This document shows, in pieces, positions 12,227-24,428 of a DNA stretch of 64,000 nucleotides. The notes beneath the pieces are model-generated. The model made no database searches, was not told the origin of the DNA, and saw only the letters and a program-made list of their open reading frames with translations. The first letter of the stretch is position 1. The number at the start of each line of letters is the position of its first letter. Source of the DNA: Azolla caroliniana (Eukaryota; Plantae; Polypodiophyta); contig JBHGNT010000016.1 of assembly GCA_043228905.1 (NCBI GenBank), positions 7,812,001 to 7,876,000 of the forward strand, in the 5' to 3' direction. A program made the translations under genes and the position numbers.

Positions 12227-12985
12227 TTCGAGGAGCTTAACTCCTCGAACCCCCACCCGTTCGAGGAGTCTAACTCCTCGAAACCCCACATGTTCGAGGA
12301 GTCTAACTCCTCGACCAACCTAACCTTTGTTTGAGGAGCCTAACTCCTCGAACCCCCACACGTTCGAGGAGTCTAACTCCTCGACCAACCTAACCTTTGT
12401 TCGAGGAGCGTAACTCCTCGAACCCCCACACGTTCGAGGAGTCTAACTCCTCGACCAACCTAACCTTTGTTCGAGGAGCCTAACTCCTCGAACCCCCACA
12501 CGTTCGAGGAGTCTAACTCCTCGAACAACCTAACCTTTGTTCGACGAGCCTAACTCCTCGAACCCCCACACGTTCGAGGAGTCTAACTCCTCGAACCCCC
12601 ACATGTTCGAGGAGTCTAACTCCTCAAACAACCTAACCTTTGTTTCAGGAGTCTAACTCCTCGACCAACCTAACCTTTGTTCGAGGAGCCTAATTCCTCA
12701 AACCCCCACACGTTCGAGGAGTCTAACTCCTCCAACAACCTAACCTTTGTTCGAGGAGCCTAACTCCTTGAACACCCACACGTTCGAGGAGTCTAACTCC
12801 TCGAACAACCTAACCTTTATTTGAGGAACCTAACTCCTCGAACCCCCACACGTTCGAGGAGTCTAACTCCTCGAACAACCTAACCTTTGTTTGAGGAGCC
12901 TAACTCCTCGAACCCCCACATGTTCGAGGAGTCTAACTCCTCGAACAACCTAACCCTTGTTTGAGGAGCCCAACTCCTCGAACAA
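12227..12985. repeat. Array of ~22 palindromic units TTCGAGGAG-YCTAA-CTCCTCGAA with two alternating spacers (33+37 = 70-bp higher-order repeat)
   Basis: Directly visible; spacers CCCCCACACG and CAACCTAACCTTTG alternate. Confidence 0.95.
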
Positions 12986-13152
12986 CCTAACCCTCATCCG
13001 AACCCCCTCGCCAGTTCGCGGAACATGACCCCACAAACCCCTCACCAGCCTGAAGCGATATCCTACTCACTACCCTTTCAAACCTCAATTCCCCCACCCC
13101 ACCAATAGGGATTCGTCACCAGATTTAACTACACTAATCTTTTTCCCGCAGG

Positions 13153-16100
13153 TTGCCAACGATGATATCTCCTCAATTCATCAAACTCCACGCGTACTAC
13201 CCCAACGTAGGTTGCAGTTCCTTAGTCATTCCGGCGGTGTTCAACAACACCCCATCTACTTACCGGGTCCCAACGGCCACCACGCAGCTCAAGTACCTCA
13301 AACTCGACGTGTTCGACACCCTTTTCCGACTTGGCCTCAAGTTCTTCCTCGGGATTGGCTCGTGGGGCGTCCTACCCGAGCTGGTCAACCGCTTCCTCAC
13401 CGGGTACAACCCCAACACGGGCCACATCGATATGCACGCTTTCGCAGATTCCCCCTTCGTCGAATTCCAATTCACTGCCACCAACGTTTGCTCTACGTTG
13501 CATTTACCACTTGATGGCATCCCCTTCCGCACCACGAAGACCCCTGGGGTCATCCCCGACATCATCCCCGCCGCCTACGCCGAATATTCTGGATGCAAAG
13601 GATGGCGTTACACTGAAATCCCTCTCCACCTCCACGACCGTTGTAGCACAATTGACCAGATCGGTGACACCGCATCTATCGATGCCACCGCCCGCATCAC
13701 CGGTGAGTTCCTCATGTGGGCACATGATCCTCAACTGGTCTAGTGGGCTCAGGAGCTTGTTTGCCAGGTCCGAGAATGTCACACACAACCCAAATCGGCA
13801 GTCAATTTTGCGTGGTTCCTCACCCGCTACTTGTGCGCAAAGTTCAACATTGGACCCCCAGCCCCTCCCTTCATACGCTGTCGTGAAGATTTCCGGCTAC
13901 GGTGAGAAAACCGGGAGGGACAAAGAAATGGGGATGTGCAACATTGCACATGAACTTGTAAATTTGTATGATGAGAATAAGATAACAAAATGTAAAAGGG
14001 AAGGGTAATCATCTAAGGTGCTAAAGGTGCACCACGAGGTTCGTAGAGGCATAAATGTGATGTGCACTTTGTAGAGTAGAATGAGTAGTGGGCATTGAGA
14101 GTGAATGTGATAGGAGAGAGAGAGTTAAGGCCCACCGATTTAAGATCAAGGGAGATATTCCCCATTAAAGGAAAGGGTATTTGACTCCCTCTTGTAATGT
14201 GCTCACCCCTTACTACTATAAAAGGGAGTGAGGGGTCACTTGTGAAGGGGTTGCCTATTTTGAGTGAGAGAGGCATATCACTTAGGTCAAGGGTTTCCTA
14301 TTTGGTTTTAGGGTTTCAGTTAGGGTTTCTTCTAAGGTTTTCTTCTTGGGTTTCCTTTAGGGTTTTACTATACTTCTCTACTTGCTTATCCGGTTCGGGT
14401 TTTCTTGTATTCATTAGGTGCGGTCTATGCGGCCATGGTTGTAATGCGTGTGGTGTTCTTCTTAATACAAACCATTTGTGTATCTTGCCTCCATCATTTT
14501 CTCGTTCAATGTTAATGTTTTATTCCTTCTCCTCTTGAGCTAAGCTTCCATTTCTTGTCTTACTCTTTCTCTTCTACTCCTTAGTCCAAGACCCCCGTGG
14601 TCCAGCCTCGGATCCCACACGCGCTCGCGGATTATCGCGACAATGCTGCCAGGAACGACACCGCAAGATATTTGTACCGGGCCAACCCGAGCGACTCTGC
14701 CTCCCCAAACGCGACTTCTTAAGACAGGTACACCAAGGTGAACAGGAACGGCTACCGGCACACAAACAACCCCTGATCACCCACGTGACGGCCGAAGCTA
14801 TCCTCAACACCCTTGAGGATATCACAAATCGTGTCAAGGAATTCCAGACATGCGAATTCACTCCCACCGAAATCCAGGTCTTGTCCACTACCTTCCACTA
14901 TGTGTCACATCAGACCACAACCACGACCCTGCGTACCCGCAGTTGCAGAACCGAATCAATCTTTCGTGACCAACGAAACCCGACAGCCCCACCTCCCCCC
15001 ACCTCGCCAACCTCTTTGCCTCGAGAACCCTCACCCCCCACCCCTGGCACAACTACCCAACCATCACCTCCCATGACCATCGACGACACCCCTCAACCTC
15101 GACCCCGTAAACTCGCCCGTTACAATGCCCCCGACACCGAAACCCCCAACCTACCATCACCCACAGACCCAGTTGTCACCCTTCAACCCACCATCGTTCT
15201 CGCCCAGATGACGACCCCCCCACCACCCCACCCGGCCACCGCTCCCTGCTCTACCCTGCTCACTGCCGTCACCGCCCACCATAATCCGTCCCTCGCCAAC
15301 CCCCCCAAACCCTTAGCCGACATGGTGGCCAACCTCCTCAAGATGACTTCTGTCGTGAACCGTCGCCTACTTCAGGTCCATGCATAGGCCCGACAGACCG
15401 CCATCGACCAGCACGAGACCTCTACACGGAATGAGATCTTGGTTGCCGAGGTGAGGAGCGCCCTCCATACCAACCCGTGCCAAGCGGCCGCCTACGACCT
15501 CCTCAAGCAAGAACTGCTAACAACACAAACCCGACACCAACAACTCGCTGACGAGTTCCAACAAGCTCGGACAACGTGGCACCACGACGAGGAACTTGCA
15601 GCATAAATACACGCCGAACTCTCTGCCGAGTACGTCCGCCTCACCACCCAACACCAACAGACCGAGTCCTACCTTGCAACAGTGACGACTGATCTCTCTG
15701 AACGGTTCGAGGCTCTACCCACCGCCATCACCACAACTCACAGACTCACAAGCGAGATCATAACCCTCAAGGCTGAACATGACACTATGGTCCACCAAGT
15801 CGAGGTCACCAATGAACGGAACAAATGTCTCCTCATCAAACACCACCGCTAGTGCGCCGACCTCGAAAAAGACATCTTCCAACTCCACACGTCCAAAGCC
15901 GCCCTCAAAGTCGCCCTCAACCCCGGCACGACGGGCCCCTACACCATTCAAACACCTCTCCTTACCCCACCTGGCACTCCAAATATGATCCAGGCACTCT
16001 TGGTGTATGTAACCTCGACATCACTGCTCTCCGAACTTTTCACTGCCCCACGTACACCGCGTAACCTTCTCACCCAAGCCACGTGCATCCTTCGGTCGTT

Positions 16101-17999
16101 GGCAGCCACGCGTCGCGTATTCTTTGACGACGACACCCCCCCAGACCGACAGACCTTTATCCGCGTGCTCCCTGAAGACAACCACACCCTCGCCCTCTTC
16201 ATGTTGTACCAGGAAGCCACCGAAGAACCTTTCTCCCCAGCCGGCGAGCTCTTCCCCCAACATCTCCCTATTTTGTTTCTCGAAGGCATGGCCTACCTTC
16301 ACATCGCCATCACCCCTGACTTAGACATCTCCGACCTGACCTACCCTTCGATGTCACGATGCAAGTCACCGAAGACCAGCTACCCCACCTCTTCGCAACG
16401 TTGGTGCGCTTAAACCACATTGCCGACACCCTCACCCTCACCTTGTTGGAGAACGCTACGACCTTTGTGCCCCCTTTCAGTTTCCTCTGGCTAATACGCG
16501 TTTGGCAAACCGCCTGGGACGTCTTGGTTCGTACTCACTTATTCAACATCGAACACGCCGCATTCAACTGGCCCACCGACCTCGAGGCTAACGACATACC
16601 AGAGTTAGCCCTACACCTCGACGTCTCTCGTGAGTATCAATTCATAACGTTCAATGAGGATCGGGCCCGTGCCCTCCTACCCCCACACCCCCCTCGGCCC
16701 ACCCCCATCCCCCACCCCCACCCGACCCTTTCCCCCTCCACACACGAGTCGTCACCCACCCCGGTCGGACATTCATAGATGCCATCCTCCGCAAAGCTCT
16801 CCCTTTCAACCACCCCCTCGCCCACCTCATGCTCCACCAACAATTGCCCCCCCCCATCTTTACTACACCTCCACTACTTCACGACCCAAGTGCCCGATTC
16901 AACGATGCGGCCTTCTACGCTAATTTGGTCGACTGTTACCAACTCACCCACGGCCTCCAAACCGCCCTTGATTGCATCGAACACGGTACCGGTTGGGACA
17001 CTCGCCTTGATAATCAATCTGCCACCCCCTTCCCCTGGGAGTTTGATTTCTGCGAGACCCCCCTACTCCTCACCCGCCTCTACACCTATTACCCCGAAGT
17101 CGCCTCTGAACCCCAAGTTGGCATCTCTCCTTTACCCCCATGTTTACCGCGATAAGATGTCTACTTGGGCGGCCGCAAACCCCGCTCCCACTCGAGGATG
17201 ACACCACCCCGTAACCAACCCCCTCCTCGAACCACTTGGCATCCAACCCCCATGGCGTCTCCCCTAGTTCGTGCACGCATCCTTCCGCGAATGGCTCACC
17301 CTCCACCCCCCCGAGATGCGCACCAACCCCACCTTTTCCCCCCTCCCTCGTCGTTGGCCATGGCACGACTTCAAAGCCGCCCAGGCACGCCTACCCACTC
17401 TCCAATTCAACTGGCCGGTGTTCCCCCGACCCCCGCGCACATCCCCGACCGAACCGGGCATGATCCGGGTCGTGTGACGCTTTCTACGTACATACCTCGA
17501 CGTCCCTTACCCCGACATTCAAGCCAGCCTTCGGTTTCTACAACTATTGCTCATACTCCTTGACTCTAGCCCGTATGAAGCCCCCCCCTTTCAACAACAC
17601 AACCACCCAGCGTGGGGCCTCACCTTTGATTTGAATAAAGGTCTGACTCGTCACCAACTGGTCGGCCTTTGGACCCGTGTCAACGTGCTCCCTGCCACCT
17701 ACAAACGAGATTTTGAAACCATGATCGACACACGTTTTTTCCCACTTACATAAGCTTTAGTCGAAACCCCCCTTCTCCCTTCGCTGGCCACAACACTTGC
17801 ATCTGGCTCACCGGCCCCAAGAAGGACTTCTTCACGACAACAAACCAACTACAGGAAATCCAGCTTCCCCCACTGAACATCCGCCGTCTTCTCCATCATC
17901 TCCGATGCCACCTGCCCCCCGAGGAACCCCCCTACTAAATCCTCCTCGCCCCCGATGCCCAAAGCTCCCCTCCCACAGTGCACCCAGGAGTGTGCACTG
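13153..17999 (+). pseudogene. Long accessory ORF of the gypsy element (N-terminal plant-transposon-protein-like domain, Pro-rich linker, coiled coil, unknown C-terminal domains); decayed and split by a solo LTR
   Basis: ORF fragments 13153-13743, 14785-15387, 15985-16413, 16359-16778, 16829-17155, 17547-17753; motif LPELVNRFL...VEFQFTATNVCSTLHLP resembles the Athila/Transposase_32-type motif; uniform C-rich strand bias. Confidence 0.55.
13879..14642 (+). mobile_element. Solo LTR, TGTCGTGAAGAT family, 4-bp TSD ACGC/ATGC
   Basis: TGTCGTGA...TCGCGACA ends, CTATAAAAG at ~14215, composition break from the C-rich flanks. Confidence 0.8.
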
Positions 18000-18015
18000 A
18001 TTAGGTTGGGAGGGA

Positions 18016-18568
18016 TGTTAAGCGCTTGGATAACAACACAACCAATCATTAATAAGAGTGCATCAACAAGGATGTAGTACGAAGAGGAAACGGCAAGAGA
18101 AAAAGAAGCAAAGAGATGTCCAAGTGTGAAAGGCCATACCCTAAACGTGAAAGCTATATAAACCACATAGTAGTGGCTTTGTGGGGGTTCTCCCATTTGT
18201 AAAGATCTCCTAATTGATTAAGAGCTAGAGCTTCCTCTCCTCCTCCTTGTAATCTTTAAACTTAAGAGAGATTAGTGAAGTGTTTAGTTAGAGAACACTA
18301 ATCTCTCTTCCTTGTTGGTGCTAGACCTCTTAGTAAAGACGGTTAATAAACATATTCATTACTCTTGTGGTCTACATTCATTACCCCATTGTCTATGAGA
18401 GTGAGCTTGAGAGAGTGAGAGAGATATCATGCTTAATCATTTATTAATCGTTAAGTGAGTGTGAGGCTCGGATGTGTCCGACAATCGTCTTTGCCCGATT
18501 CGCCATCAAAAGGGTATATGCCGGTTTGAATCCCGCAACGACATCTAGGAGCTTATTCCATCGATACA
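18016..18568 (+). repeat. 3' LTR of the large gypsy (right end 18543 or 18568)
   Basis: PPT-like GGGAGGGA then TGTTAAG; CTATATAAA at ~18154; AATAAA at ~18345; followed by copia RNase H. Confidence 0.7.
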
Positions 18569-19446
18569 TAGATCCTTCACAATCCACAAGTGGATATATG
18601 TTTACATTGGGAAGTGCAGCTATTTCATGGAGTAGCAAGAAACAAGCTATTGTTGCATTATCAAGTACTGAAGCTGAATATAGAGGAGCTGTAATAGCCA
18701 CTTATGAAGAGGTATGGATCAGAAGATTGATTGTTGATTTGGGAGAGTATATAGATGGTGTAGTCACAATTTGGTGTGACAATATGAGCAACATTCAACT
18801 CACAAAAAACCCAGCGTTCCATGCAAGAACAAAGCACATTGAAGTGCATTATCACTTTGTTAGAGAAAAAGTGATTGATGGAGAAGTGGATTTGTTGTAT
18901 GTAAGCACAAATCAACAAGTGGCTGATATTCTTATGAAGGGACTAAGCATAGAAAAACATACACAGTTTCGGGACATGATGGGAATTATAAGCATTGGTA
19001 TTATAGTTGAAAAGCATGAAGAAAAGAAGATGGAAGATGACCTCAAGAAAGGATAAGTTGAGCTTGAGGGGGAGTGTTAAGAAACAAGCTCAACAAAAGC
19101 ATGTGATGCTCATTGGGAAATAAGATCTTCTAAAGTAGCTATTAGGAAATTAGCTACTAGTGGACATAAGTACTCACAGCTATTTAGCTAATCACAACTA
19201 ATTAGTCATTCATAGCTAATTAGCTGCATATGTAAGTCACTTATATACTTAGGTAAAAAAGTAAGAGTATTATGAGAGTAGTTGAAAGAGGAGAAGTAGG
19301 GTCTCTCTGTGTAATGAAATAGAAGCTTTTGGGTTGCTACAGAGGTAAGTCTCCTTCCCCCTTCCTTTTCTGTCTTGAACACACTAAACGATCCAGCACA
19401 TCATGATCCGTTGTGCATTAAGAAGAGCCGGCGCGCCTTCATAACA
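18569..19446 (+). mobile_element. Copia 3' remnant: RNase H, PPT and 3' LTR (19075-19446)
   Basis: STSGYMFTLGSAAISWSSKKQ...HARTKHIEVHYHF; TTGAGGGGGAG|TGTTAA...ATAACA. Confidence 0.88.
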
Positions 19447-19924
19447 TAACTTCCCAATTAGAGAAGGCTAATTGAAGTACTAGGAGGTAATCAATTCTAA
19501 CCCCCTACATTCCTGTTACGGGCATGACCATGTAATATCCCGTGGTGAGAATTTACCATAGTATTCTATACACATGGATATTATATGGTCATGCTCGTAA
19601 CAATTCCACATGAGGTTCAACCCCCTACATTCCATAGGTGCATCTAGTAAATTAAGAGATATGTTACTATGGAGTAATAGAGAGGTGAGAAATTTGGGTT
19701 TTGAACCCAAGACATAGTGCTAGTAGTGTAAAACTTACCAATTAAGGTAAGCTAATTGAAGTACCAGGAGGTGATGGGTTCAACCCCTTACATTTCACAG
19801 TGGCATCTGGTAAATTAAGAGATATGTTGCTATGGAGTAATAGAGAGGTGAAAAAAATCGGGTTTTGAACCCAAGACATAATGCTAGCTAGTAGTGTATA
19901 AACTTACCAATTCGGGTAACCTAA
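19447..19924. repeat. Degenerate tRNA/SINE-like tandem (~170-bp unit, about 2 copies)
   Basis: Repeated GTAAATTAAGAGATATGTT...GGGTTTTGAACCCAAGAC...CTTACCAATT; B-box-like motifs on both strands. Confidence 0.5.
19514..19602. mobile_element. 89-bp fold-back mini-element made of two inverted chromovirus LTR U3 ends
   Basis: TGTTACGGGCATGACC...GGTCATGCTCGTAACA; TSD ATTCC on both sides. Confidence 0.9.
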
Positions 19925-20367
19925 TATTAAAGACATGAACTAATGTAAGCATTAGATAAGGATAGCATATAGATAGATAGATAGAAAGGAGAGAGAGAAA
20001 GAAGGGTGCCGATCCACCCGACCACCCCCGAGCGAAGGGATTGACACGGACTCGAGCCTCGATCGGCGTCCCATACCACCGCTGTGGCGTCGAGTTGTAC
20101 CTGGTGCTGGCGTGCTCACTTCAAGAGTTGACCCACCACAAGACAAAGTCTCGACGTAGTCAACAAGATGATCAAATGAGGGTAGCTAGGCCTCTTATTT
20201 ATAGCGATACCCAAGGCCCCTAGGCAAGTTCACACTTGGTCTAATGGGTTGTCTCAATCCCGAGGATTAAAAGTAATCCTCCCCTTCTTTACACTCTCGT
20301 TTAACCCTCACACTTATCCACGTGTATAGAATACTACGGTAAATTCTCACCACAGGATATTATATGG

Positions 20368-23300
20368 TCATGCCTGTAACATACTCCCCCTCTTTAAAAC
20401 ATTGCACTCTTGCAATAAAAAGTTAGGGAAGTTAGTTCTTAGAGTATTTTCACGTTCCCATGTGGCATATTTTATTGATTTATCCATCCATTTTATTTTA
20501 AATTCTCGGATTTCTGTAGTACGTAATTTTTTTGTTTTAACATCGAGAATTCTTTCTGGTACATGTGGTTTAGAAGATACTTCTTCAATAGTAACCAGAG
20601 TTTCAGTTGTAACTATATTGTCGCCAAAACCTAGAAGTTCTTTAAGACGACTCACATGAAAAACTGGATGAATTTCAACACCATCGGGAAGAGCGAGACG
20701 ATAGGTTGATGACCCAATGCGTTTGAGGACTATAAATGGTCCACAAAACCGTGGGGCTAACTTAGCGCACTTACCCTTAGACAATGTCTTAGAATTGTGA
20801 GGTACACGTAAAGATACCTTATGTCCAGGGTTGAATACACGAGGTTGCCTATGATGATCGACATAAAAACGCGCTCTATCTTGAGTTGTTTTTATATTAT
20901 CTCGTGCAATATGCAATATATCTTGCATATCCCGAAGAAAGTTTTGCGTATTTTGCAACTCATCATGATGTATATTAACATCAATTGGGGCTCGTGGCTG
21001 AAAACCATACATCAACATAAAAGGACTATATCCCGTCGACGTATGCTTGGAGCTATTATAAGCAAACTCCAAACATGGGAGATAACGTTCCCATTTTGTT
21101 GGTTTTGCACCAACGTATGCTCGAAGCATGTCCTCAATAATTTGATTTACTCGTTCTGTCTGTCCATTGGATTGAGGATTGTCCGTGGAGCTCATGCTCA
21201 ATGTAGTTTCTAACTTCTCGAAGACTTGCATCCAGAAGTCACTAGTAAACTTTGGATCTCGATCACTCACAATATCCATCGGTAACCCATAAAAATGAAA
21301 TAACTCGTGAACGAATTGGTAAGCCAATTCAGGAGCTATTACCGTGGTTTTAGTAGCAATAAATCTGGCCATTTTAGTTAGTCTATCAACCACAACCCAG
21401 ATGGAATCATGACCTTTTTGGAAGTGAGGAAGGCTAACAATAAAATCCATGGATATACTTTCCCACTTATTATTGGGAATGTCCAAGGGATGTAAAAGTC
21501 CTGCGGCTTTAAGTCTCTTGGCTTTGTTCACCTGACTTTGGTGACATTTAGTCACATAACTATGTATGTCAGGGCGCATCTTAGGCCAATAGAATTGAGT
21601 GGAGATGAGAACGAGTGTACGATGTATTCCAGGGTGCATCATGGCATTCAAAAAGAATCCTCTTTTTGATCTCGGGTAAATCTAGAACACAAACCTTCCC
21701 ATTATGGTAGAGCAGACCATTAGCAATGTGAAAGTATTCCTTCGAGGATGTGGTGGTGTTTGTTCCAGACTCAACTCTTGCCCAGTATTTCGCAAAATAA
21801 CTGTCATTAGGATACTTTCCTCGAAGGTGATCATAAAGATCTGATGATATTTCAATGAAGCTAAGCATGTTAACTTCACGGATTCGACTTAGTGCATCAG
21901 CAACAGTGTTCATGGAACCTTTACAATATCGTATGGAAAAATCAAAGTTCTGGATGAGATCAACCCATCGTGCCTTACGACCTTTCAGGTCTTGTTGGTC
22001 ACAAAAATATTTTAAGGACTCGTGGTCCGTAGTTACCACAAAGCGATTTCCATAAAGATAATGGCGTCATGTTTCGAGTGCATGTATAACTGCAAATAAT
22101 TCCTTTTCTTGAACGGTATATCGACATTGAGCAAAATCAAGTTTCTTACTCTCGAATGCTATTGGTTTACCATCTTGATATAAGACAACACCTATAGCAT
22201 AATCACTTGCATCAGTTTCAACCTCAAAAGGTTTTGAAGGATCAGGTAAAAGAAGTGAAGGAGCCTTGCACACCAGGTCCTTGAGTTCCTTAAAGGTGAG
22301 GTCTAGTGTAGCATTCCAGACAATAGGTTTTGTAGACTTACACGTTTGACCTTTTAGAAGATCAGTAAATGGCGTCGTCAATTGGGAGTAATTACGTAGG
22401 GATTTTCGCAAAAACCCAACAAAACCAAGGAATGATCGAACTTCTCGAATGTTCCGAAGAGTGGGCCAAAGCTTGATTTTCTCGATGCGAGAAGGATCAA
22501 TTTCAACTCCTCGTTCAGTTATGAGATGTCCAAGATAAGTAATTGATTTCTTGAAGAACTCACATTTTTAGATCTTCACATAAAACTATTTGTCATGCAA
22601 TGTTTGTAAAACAAAGCGGACATGTTTAACATGTTCTTGTAATGTACGGCTATAAACTAAAATATCATCCAAGAAAATAACGACAAATTTTCCAAGTTGT
22701 TCTCGGAAAATGTCATTCATTTCTCATTGAAATGTAGCCTGAGCATTGGTCAAACCAAAAGCCATAACCAAAAACTCATAATGGCCATAGCGCGTACGAA
22801 ATGCCGTTATAGGAACATCGTCCTCACTTATACGAATTTGATGGTAGCCAGTACAGAGATCAAGTTTCGTAAAATACCAAGCTCCCTGGAGACGGTCAAT
22901 TAGATCGTCAGCCCGAGGCACTGGATACGAATTCTTGATCGTCACTTTATTCAAGCATCGGTAATTAATACACATACGCCATGTGCCCTCTTTCTTTTAA
23001 ACCAAGAGAACTGGTGCACCCCATGGAGATTTACTATAACGTATATATCCCATTCGTAAATAGTCCTTGATTTGCTTACATACCTCATCCTCTTCGGATC
23101 GACTTAAGCGATAAGGAGGTATACTTATTGGTGCAACACCAGGTACAATATCTATACGATGGTCTATATTACGTTTAGGAGGTAACCCATCTGGTAGTTC
23201 ACTCGGAAAAACATCACGAAAATCATTTAAGATTTTATCAAGTTGTTGTTGTTCAAAATATGTTAATTGAACCGAGACATTATCGATATTGTAAACGTGA

Positions 23301-24428
23301 ATGTCCGGATCAAGTACACAATAAAATAGAGTAGAACAAGACGACTCGGATATTGATGGAGAGGAAACAATTGAGAGGGATGGTTTTTTTACACATTGAA
23401 TAAAATGATTACAATCGTTCAGTACAAATGTTATTGAATGATGAACCCAATCAGTAGATAAAGAAGAGTTTTTATTATAGAACCAGGGATAACCCAATAT
23501 TACATCCATGGTACAAAGATTCATTACATGGAAGTGTACTTCCTCTATATAAGTATCAATAGAAATTCCTAATGAATGAATCGCCCCGTTAATGTATTGT
23601 ATTCTTCCATCAGCCAAGTGCATCGTATAGGTGTGATCACTTACGGTGGGTTGGATTCCCAGCGAATTGCGACTGCTTAGTACCGGGCATTTCGTTGGGT
23701 TTGTTGTGGTCCTTCTTCGAAGTGCATTGATAGCAAATAACTATTTCAACGGCTTCTTCGAAGGATTTTGGATCCTTATCGTGCACTATCTAGTGATAGT
23801 CCGAATTGGGGATGCCATTGACAAAACAAGCTATTAACCAATTGTCCCCTTCTAGACCCGATTTTTGGATTTGGGTTCTAGCATGGTGGACATAGTCTTC
23901 TAGCGAGGAAAAGTTCCGGCTAGAGAGGTTCATTAAAGCTTGTGCTGCCGCAGTTCCAGAGGGAGGTTGCAGAAGCTAGCCCTTGTAAACTGTGACAAAA
24001 TTTGTCCAGGTATCGTGCAATTTCCCCAAAGTACGGCCCTTACCCCCTAGTTCTCGAACGACATATGCAATCTTCGTACTATCTAACGTGGGATAGAGCT
24101 CAAAATGAGACTCCCATCGGCCCAGCCACGTGTAGATTGCTTCTTCGGTTCTTTCCTTTTTTTCACCCGTAAATGGCTTAACGACAAACGATGGTTCACC
24201 CTGTCGCTCATCATGTCTATTAGTCTCACGTTGTAAACTAATGACACGTGCCTCGAGAGCATTTTGAGATTGCCGAAGTTCGGTCATCTGTTGAGCGGTG
24301 AAACTAAGGTATTGGGTTATTTGCGAAAACAATGGACATTTGTCTAGGAGGATTTCCTTGAGTTCCTTCCGCTTGAGCGGATGACATCGGGTCATTATTT
24401 TGAGCCATTGAATGGTTATTTCTGGCAA
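20368..24428 (-). pseudogene. Chromovirus gag-pol with C-terminal chromodomain, frameshifted
   Basis: [56 protein letters not shown]...KW...ATWE. Confidence 0.92.

Larger units (their letters stand above)
5823..18568 (+). mobile_element. Large non-chromovirus Ty3/gypsy element (Athila/Tat/Phygy-like), 5' part displaced out of window
   Basis: gag zinc knuckles, PR-RT-RH-IN order, long 3' accessory region, PPT and 3' LTR; no chromodomain seen. Confidence 0.8.

Noticed and set aside
11421-12334. ORFs 11421-11798, 11776-12108 and 12050-12334 as an env-like membrane protein
   Set aside because: Hydrophobicity derives from a T/C low-complexity tract and the repeat array; no conserved motif.
12227-12985. 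CRISPR array
   Set aside because: Spacers are only 10-14 nt and of two recurring types, there are no cas genes, and the context is a plant retrotransposon.
14285-14365. Interstitial telomere repeats (TTTAGGG-like)
   Set aside because: Only scattered TAGGGTTT telo-box-like motifs within a solo LTR, not a tandem array.
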